From Candidatus Aminicenantes bacterium (GTDB taxonomy: Bacteria; Acidobacteriota; Aminicenantia; Aminicenantales; Aminicenantaceae): 62,114 nt of DNA. Both the position numbers and the translations under genes were made by a program. Positions within the stretch are counted from its first letter, which is position 1; every line of letters begins with the position of its first letter. The stretch is from NCBI GenBank assembly GCA_011773465.1, contig WVXO01000012.1:2368-64481 (forward strand). The letters are read 5' to 3'. The notes beneath the pieces were generated by a model. The model had not been told where the DNA came from and did not search any database. It saw nothing but the letters and a program-made list of their open reading frames with translations. Shown here in pieces: positions 58,201-62,114 of this stretch.

Positions 58201-58896
58201 AGACCATCGACAGTAAATCCCTTCAGTCTCGAATCTGCTTGTAAAATCCAAGTTTGGAGAAGAACCATGGGGATAAAAATCTGGATCAGTTGCTGTTCCC
58301 ACATTGATATACATGGCAGCCACAAATTTATCGTAAATTGCATCGTCGCTATCATTCTTATAGAAGAAAAAATCAATTAATCCGTCATTGTTGTAATCTG
58401 CGGTGGTTATAGAAGCTGGCCCCGCATCTAAGCCTGTCTCATAGATTTCGCTCTCATCTGTCTGAAAAATAAGGCCATCATCATCTAATCCATCATTATT
58501 AAGGTCTTCAAATGTATTTCTTACAAGAATCAATACATAACGCCTATCTGTGATACCTGGATCTGGATCCATATCTGTGATATCCAGACCAATCAAATCA
58601 GGAAGACCATCACCATCAAAGTCACCGGCATCACAGACATAAATTTGTGATCCCATCCCCGTGGGTGCTGTAATCTCCAAGTTGCCCCCCAACCAGTTCA
58701 GCGTTATCGGTCCAGGAGGCCAGTAGGCGACTGAAGTGTGGTCCGTGTCTTTATAATCTTCTGTGTTGAAATTTTCGGTAAAAATTCCTCCTACATATTC
58801 TACACAGCCTTCCTGAGCCCAAAACTTCACAGTGAAAAAGCAGATCAGTATGACTAGCGGCAAAAATAGCAGCATGGTTTTCTTTCTTTTATTCAT
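55240..58896 (-). CDS. pilY1: PilY1/PilC tip adhesin with N-terminal FG-GAP/VCBS-like repeats
   Basis: Signal peptide; DFDGDGLPDL, DYNNDGLIDF, DIDKDGDVDV, DWDNDEDIDV, DFNQDGWLDL repeats; C-terminal LGDSNHSNP, VYVGSNDGMIHCF, ELWGFIP, YVDGSP, YFALDITDP, Ca loop DIDQDGYVD, SWRE. Confidence 0.9.
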   Translation of the reverse strand: MNKRKKTMLLFLPLVILICFFTVKFWAQEGCVEYVGGIFTENFNTEDYKDTDHTSVAYWPPGPITLNWLGGNLEITAPTGMGSQIYVCDAGDFDGDGLPDLIGLDITDMDPDPGITDRRYVLILVRNTFEDLNNDGLDDDGLIFQTDESEIYETGLDAGPASITTADYNNDGLIDFFFYKNDSDDAIYDKFVAAMYINVGTATDPDFYPHGSSPNLDFTSRFETEGIYCRWSADHLCSVDIDKDGDVDVLVISQNQIFLVRNPGTGSFDIANFDIVELNYDQPPGFTIDMGGSTIEAADWDNDEDIDVIAGTVEAIPFLVFYENDGTGYFTRHELLIPNPDCIGAVATCAGDFNQDGWLDLMCSNDVWNAGNDARMWMYRSKGLAEIEGIPVNFQFECLNDCLPITPPIYRDGDGDGVDEKYHDVDMGISVDFDMDGDVDWVFADANHSGDYYLARNELANVYTTYGEAWSTDISGALDPELYAITKVQITRLSQKIRGTSAAGLKVEYYLSNNNGKDWEYYTTFEGSDIQNYNNLPIHAFKHFGSHLRWKAIMTAPEDPMEEYSGASFDSPIISQITFAYTLVDKKEYSRTSVVVTNVVDESNQKKKYLLASTFFFPTWNGHLRAYDLTAMTPETTAYSVLRTVSRQDLTQPSGREIVPSGVEVVWDAGELLNARSAATRTIYTAIAEGSVLTRIDFNVSNVAILGPILQDVNNDNEGLINFIRGEGREWKLGDSNHSNPVVVGPPDEAPVIMGDGYEEFMNTWADRRKVVYVGSNDGMIHCFDVLTGEELWGFIPYNLLPKMKNIWAVAEVTGERYFARDIYVDGSPMVADVYIDVNGDASKEWTTILICGQGAGKGSGIGGGTNYYFALDITDPDSPEPLWEFTHDFLGESWSVPVTGKIRSNGEDAWLAFMGSGYDNSPSEVVGNVFYAVDAETGEYFWAFYAPEVDTTAALGWNIPNTIPGSPTIIDIDQDGYVDRVYVADLDGRMWKVDVSIEYQDPTSWAAVTIYKDSNNYPIISKPAVWVDYVSGGPIPRLYFGTGGDDRAPSDAVYSFIALKDSPIPEVEWYLGNNAILALPPEKDMGDISIGERVWADPKVADYVVYFSTLTGSIDSVDPCESITGVGKLYARYIQAEAGTTLGGTAFETATGPKESLDLAIKTRAAVTIGERERASGGARKREVYIQEYDSTIQKLEQLGTSMLKVKSWREVYRIFR

Positions 58897-58932
58897 TTTT
58901 TCACCCCGCTTATTTATGTTTAATCATGTAAA

Positions 58933-59544
58933 TCATGTTCCTGGTCGTTCAAGGACCAATTCTATTTCTAACCTTGTTGTCGTAATAGTATTCCCTATCT
59001 CAACACTTCCGATGCAGACCAAAATAGCATCGGTAGGATCAGGGATTCCCACGGCGGCCTCATCGTCAATCAAAAACGCAGTGTACCTGTAACGATTGTC
59101 CAGGCCGCTCTCGGTTTGAATATAGGGCTGTCGACAAAAAATAACGTTTACCAGATTAGATGTCCCATCCCAGTCTGAATCAATCAGGTTCAGAAGTTCT
59201 ATATCGCTTAATCTTCTAAAATAATTATCCGCTTGAGGATTATCAATCCCTATAGGTTCAACGACATAATGTCCTTCAAAATGAGCCCATTCGCCAATGC
59301 CAAAATATTCTTCGATATTTGTCCAGGCCACATCAAACCCTGCTTCAGCAGCATTATAAGCCTGCTGTTGAGTCCGAATGTTTCCGGCTACCTTTGGACC
59401 GGTGCCTGTCACCTGAAGAAGCACAAGCCCGACGACTTGCAGAAATGCCAGCACAATGACGACAATAATTAAGGCCATTCCCTTCTCATGTTTCGAAGCT
59501 GGCAATTTATGGTTTATTTTCAGAGATCTCTTTTTTTCCTTCAT
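58933..59544 (-). CDS. pilX: PilX-like minor pilin (cluster 1)
   Basis: EKG|MALIIVVIV (no Glu5), QAYNAAEAG. Start at 59544 (ORF track 59667). Confidence 0.85.
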   Translation of the reverse strand: MKEKKRSLKINHKLPASKHEKGMALIIVVIVLAFLQVVGLVLLQVTGTGPKVAGNIRTQQQAYNAAEAGFDVAWTNIEEYFGIGEWAHFEGHYVVEPIGIDNPQADNYFRRLSDIELLNLIDSDWDGTSNLVNVIFCRQPYIQTESGLDNRYRYTAFLIDDEAAVGIPDPTDAILVCIGSVEIGNTITTTRLEIELVLERPGT

Positions 59545-59554
59545 TCTATCCTCT

Positions 59555-60778
59555 TTACATCGTGCCGCTGTTATATACGCCCAAGGACATATTCCTGATT
59601 TGAGCCGTTGACTCAAGCAAAAATCTTCTGTGTTTATCCGGCTGAGTTTGCTCAGGAGAATCAGCAATAGCGGGCTTCCCGTAGAGTTTTATCACTTCAT
59701 CTGGGGGAGCTCCTGTAAAACTAGCATAAGGATTAGCAGTTTTGCCCAGAATTAATATTCTTACAGAGCGAATTCCTGCTACCACCAAAGATTTACTTGT
59801 AAATTCTTTGCTTACAACTTCTTCTTCGTCGTCTTCTACCGGAAAGGGAAGATCAACCCAATTCTGGAAATCATTCACATCGACTGTCCCGTCGCTGTTG
59901 TTGTCATCAAGCTGTTGGTCGTCATTAATATCACCATGGAATTGGAACTGGAGATCTTCGATATTCTGGGCAAGGGCCAGATGCTCGTAACCATTAACCA
60001 GTGGATTCCATTGAGATACATACAAAACTCCTGGGACCCCTAAGTAGCCGTCTGTTCCGGTAATGCAACCCGGATAGTTGCCGTCAACATCAAGCCAGTA
60101 CGTTCTAAACTCGATAAAATGAACAGTGCCTCCGATGTAATCAGCTGGATCCCCTCCAACGGTCAATCCGTTCGGCAGCTTTGCGTTTGCCGGATCGACC
60201 CGCTCAAACGTGATTGTGTTGGCTATAAAGTCTACGGCGGTCATTCGACCGACTTCTCCTTTTCGCTTGTTTAATTCGGGATTGGGAAGAACAATGATTA
60301 ATCTGTTTATGAAACCTACAGGATCATCAGGATAGGCATTTGTATTATAAGGATAAATCTCAAACTGATTTGGTTCAACGGTAATAATGTTTGAACCGGG
60401 AGCAAAGCTTTGAATGAACAGCCTTAAAGGGTCTGCGTTTCCAAGGATTGTTAACCTATCAGGATAAGTTAGCGGACCGCCTTTACTGTCGTTGTTTTCT
60501 GCCTGAACAAAATAGCCAGCAAGTTGCTGAGGCAAGCCTGCTCCAGCGGATTTTATATCTCTGGAGATAAAATACATAGCGGCCCGAACATCGTGCTGAA
60601 GCTCTGCAAATCCCTGCTGGTCGACTGATACTGCGTTGCTCTTCGTGTAGAGAGCCAAGGTTGCGACAACAATAGTCAGCATGATTAAACTGCCGACTAA
60701 AACCTCTACTAGAGTGAACCCGCGTCTAGAAGAAACGCTTAAAGATGAAAACCTTCGATTTGATATTTTGGCTTTCAT
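59555..60778 (-). CDS. pilW: PilW-like minor pilin (cluster 1)
   Basis: RRG|FTLVEVLVG; RAAMYFISRDIKSAG; LAQNIEDLQF; IRSVRI; QIRNM. Confidence 0.88.
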   Translation of the reverse strand: MKAKISNRRFSSLSVSSRRGFTLVEVLVGSLIMLTIVVATLALYTKSNAVSVDQQGFAELQHDVRAAMYFISRDIKSAGAGLPQQLAGYFVQAENNDSKGGPLTYPDRLTILGNADPLRLFIQSFAPGSNIITVEPNQFEIYPYNTNAYPDDPVGFINRLIIVLPNPELNKRKGEVGRMTAVDFIANTITFERVDPANAKLPNGLTVGGDPADYIGGTVHFIEFRTYWLDVDGNYPGCITGTDGYLGVPGVLYVSQWNPLVNGYEHLALAQNIEDLQFQFHGDINDDQQLDDNNSDGTVDVNDFQNWVDLPFPVEDDEEEVVSKEFTSKSLVVAGIRSVRILILGKTANPYASFTGAPPDEVIKLYGKPAIADSPEQTQPDKHRRFLLESTAQIRNMSLGVYNSGTM

Positions 60779-60815
60779 TTTTTCCTTTCTTTTAGGCTTA
60801 TTCGTAGCTATTCCC

Positions 60816-61319
60816 TCACCTGCTTATAACCGTGCCTATGTCAGCTCGGACTTGATAATAGGATGGATTGGCGATAAGATTATCCAGCGCCGCTTGCGCC
60901 TGGACTGCTGGGAAGACCAGAACTCTCACGTCCCAATAAAATCCTGAGGCTGCGATCTGAGTTATTCTTCTGAAATCAACCGTTCCATCGCTATTGATAT
61001 CCATTAGTTCATCAATCGGACTCAAGGATAAGTTATGCAATTCATCGGCTGATAAGTTCCTCAGAAAGTCAATCTGTTGCTGAGCTAAAAAAGTTGCATT
61101 AGTCATTGCGTCTGAGCGAGCATTATTCATCACGCTCAAGCAGAAAAGCTGGGCCAATCCTAATAAGGCAACACCCACAAGGGCTATCCCCACCACAATT
61201 TCTATCATAGAAAAACCCTTGTTTTTAGCATCATCCCTGGAATTATTATCTAACGATCCCTCACTGGGAATCTGTGATTTTTTATCAAAAATTTCTCTCT
61301 TATTAATCATTTTATTCAC
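60816..61319 (-). CDS. pilV: PilV-like minor pilin (cluster 1)
   Basis: NKG|FSMIEIVVG; ATFLAQQQIDFLR. True start may be ATG at 61310. Confidence 0.85.
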   Translation of the reverse strand: MNKMINKREIFDKKSQIPSEGSLDNNSRDDAKNKGFSMIEIVVGIALVGVALLGLAQLFCLSVMNNARSDAMTNATFLAQQQIDFLRNLSADELHNLSLSPIDELMDINSDGTVDFRRITQIAASGFYWDVRVLVFPAVQAQAALDNLIANPSYYQVRADIGTVISR

Positions 61320-61875
61320 CTTCAGCTACTATGTATTGAATTGAGCCCCCGGCTATCACCTTAATAACTCTCTGGTCAGGTTTGCCATAGATTGCTAATT
61401 TAAGACTCTTGAAAGTGATGCTGTTTTGTGTGGAGCTGTAGTTTGCAACAAGACCCAATGGTGAGAATTCGACAGTCTCATTCGGAAAATTGACATTCAC
61501 TTGAAATTCACGTGGGATTGATTTTTTTATGAATCCACGCATTATATTCCACTGGGTCGGATTATCTTCTCTTTCAATAGAATAAATCCAGCCTTCACCC
61601 ACAGCCTCAAACCTCACCCTATGGTTCAATTTTGTTTTAACAGCCTGAAATTTTGCCCTTTGTAAAGTTGTCAGGACTCCTCTTGCTGAACCCTCAATCT
61701 TTCTTGTCTCCAAAGTGTTCAGGATGTTCGGATAGAATATTAAAGCCATGATGCCTATTATCGCTACGACTGCCAGAATCTCAACCAAGGTGAAGCCTTT
61801 TTGAGCAGATGTAGATTTATCCCTGGTATTTGCTTTTTCGTGTTTGTGCTTAGAAATTCTTGATATATTGTTCAT
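61312..61875 (-). CDS. fimT: FimT/FimU (GspH-like) minor pilin
   Basis: QKG|FTLVEILAV; LQRAKFQAVK; VEFSPLG; VIKVIAGGSI. Confidence 0.85.
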   Translation of the reverse strand: MNNISRISKHKHEKANTRDKSTSAQKGFTLVEILAVVAIIGIMALIFYPNILNTLETRKIEGSARGVLTTLQRAKFQAVKTKLNHRVRFEAVGEGWIYSIEREDNPTQWNIMRGFIKKSIPREFQVNVNFPNETVEFSPLGLVANYSSTQNSITFKSLKLAIYGKPDQRVIKVIAGGSIQYIVAEGE

Positions 61876-62114
61876 TATCTTCCTTGCTTAGGAAAAAATA
61901 GGCGCTTCAGGCACGATAACAACTTTCACCTGGTATCTAGGCTATCTTCCTCGCTCCAGGTATTTCTTTTTCGTAACTTTATTAATCTTGGTCCTGTCCC
62001 TGTTGTTCTAATAACATGCGTTTTCTGAAACAGTTGCAAGATGTCCATCATCTCGTAAAAACAAGCAAGCGGCAAAACCAGGGCTAACTGAACCCAAGCC
62101 TCCACTCAACAAAA

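Noticed and set aside
799-60947. Numerous 60-166 aa ORFs nested in or antisense to long genes (e.g. 799-1182, 16481-16933, 33932-34432, 39838-40338, 56233-56700)
   Set aside because: They overlap well-supported genes and show no recognisable motifs or RBS; treated as shadow ORFs.
62065-62081. sigma-54 promoter upstream of fimT (CTGGTTTTGCCGCTTGC)
   Set aside because: GG-to-GC spacing is 11, not the required 10.

Overview
A 62 kb chromosomal window from an AT-rich, diderm, probably anaerobic bacterium. GWxTD proteins, a carboxypeptidase-like-domain TonB receptor and a sulfatase-TPR fusion suggest Acidobacteriota/Ca. Aminicenantia, but that is inference. Gene content, in order: (1) a sigma-54-type TonB-receptor promoter divergent from a GWxTD/TPR/sulfatase-like operon; (2) lipid/envelope genes and a Lol-like ABC + LolA-like + beta-barrel cluster; (3) an NrdR-box-controlled class III RNR operon (nrdD-redoxin-nrdG-dut); (4) assorted peptidases and hydrolases; (5) a large type IV pilus region with a pilH/I/G-like ABC set, pilD and two minor-pilin clusters. 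One cluster is canonical (fimT-pilV-pilW-pilX-pilY1). The other has no pilY1 but three paralogous PilX-like pilins: two carry predicted beta-solenoid domains whose repeating surface ladder differs in concert (SN vs DQ) and one has no such domain. This is the best candidate for an undescribed system (modular pilus-tip adhesins). Intergenic DNA holds four palindromic repeat families, including GTAG-REP arrays arranged mirror-symmetrically around single genes. No rRNA, tRNA, CRISPR-Cas, transposase, integrase or reverse transcriptase was recognised. All family assignments come from motif recognition by eye, not from database searches.
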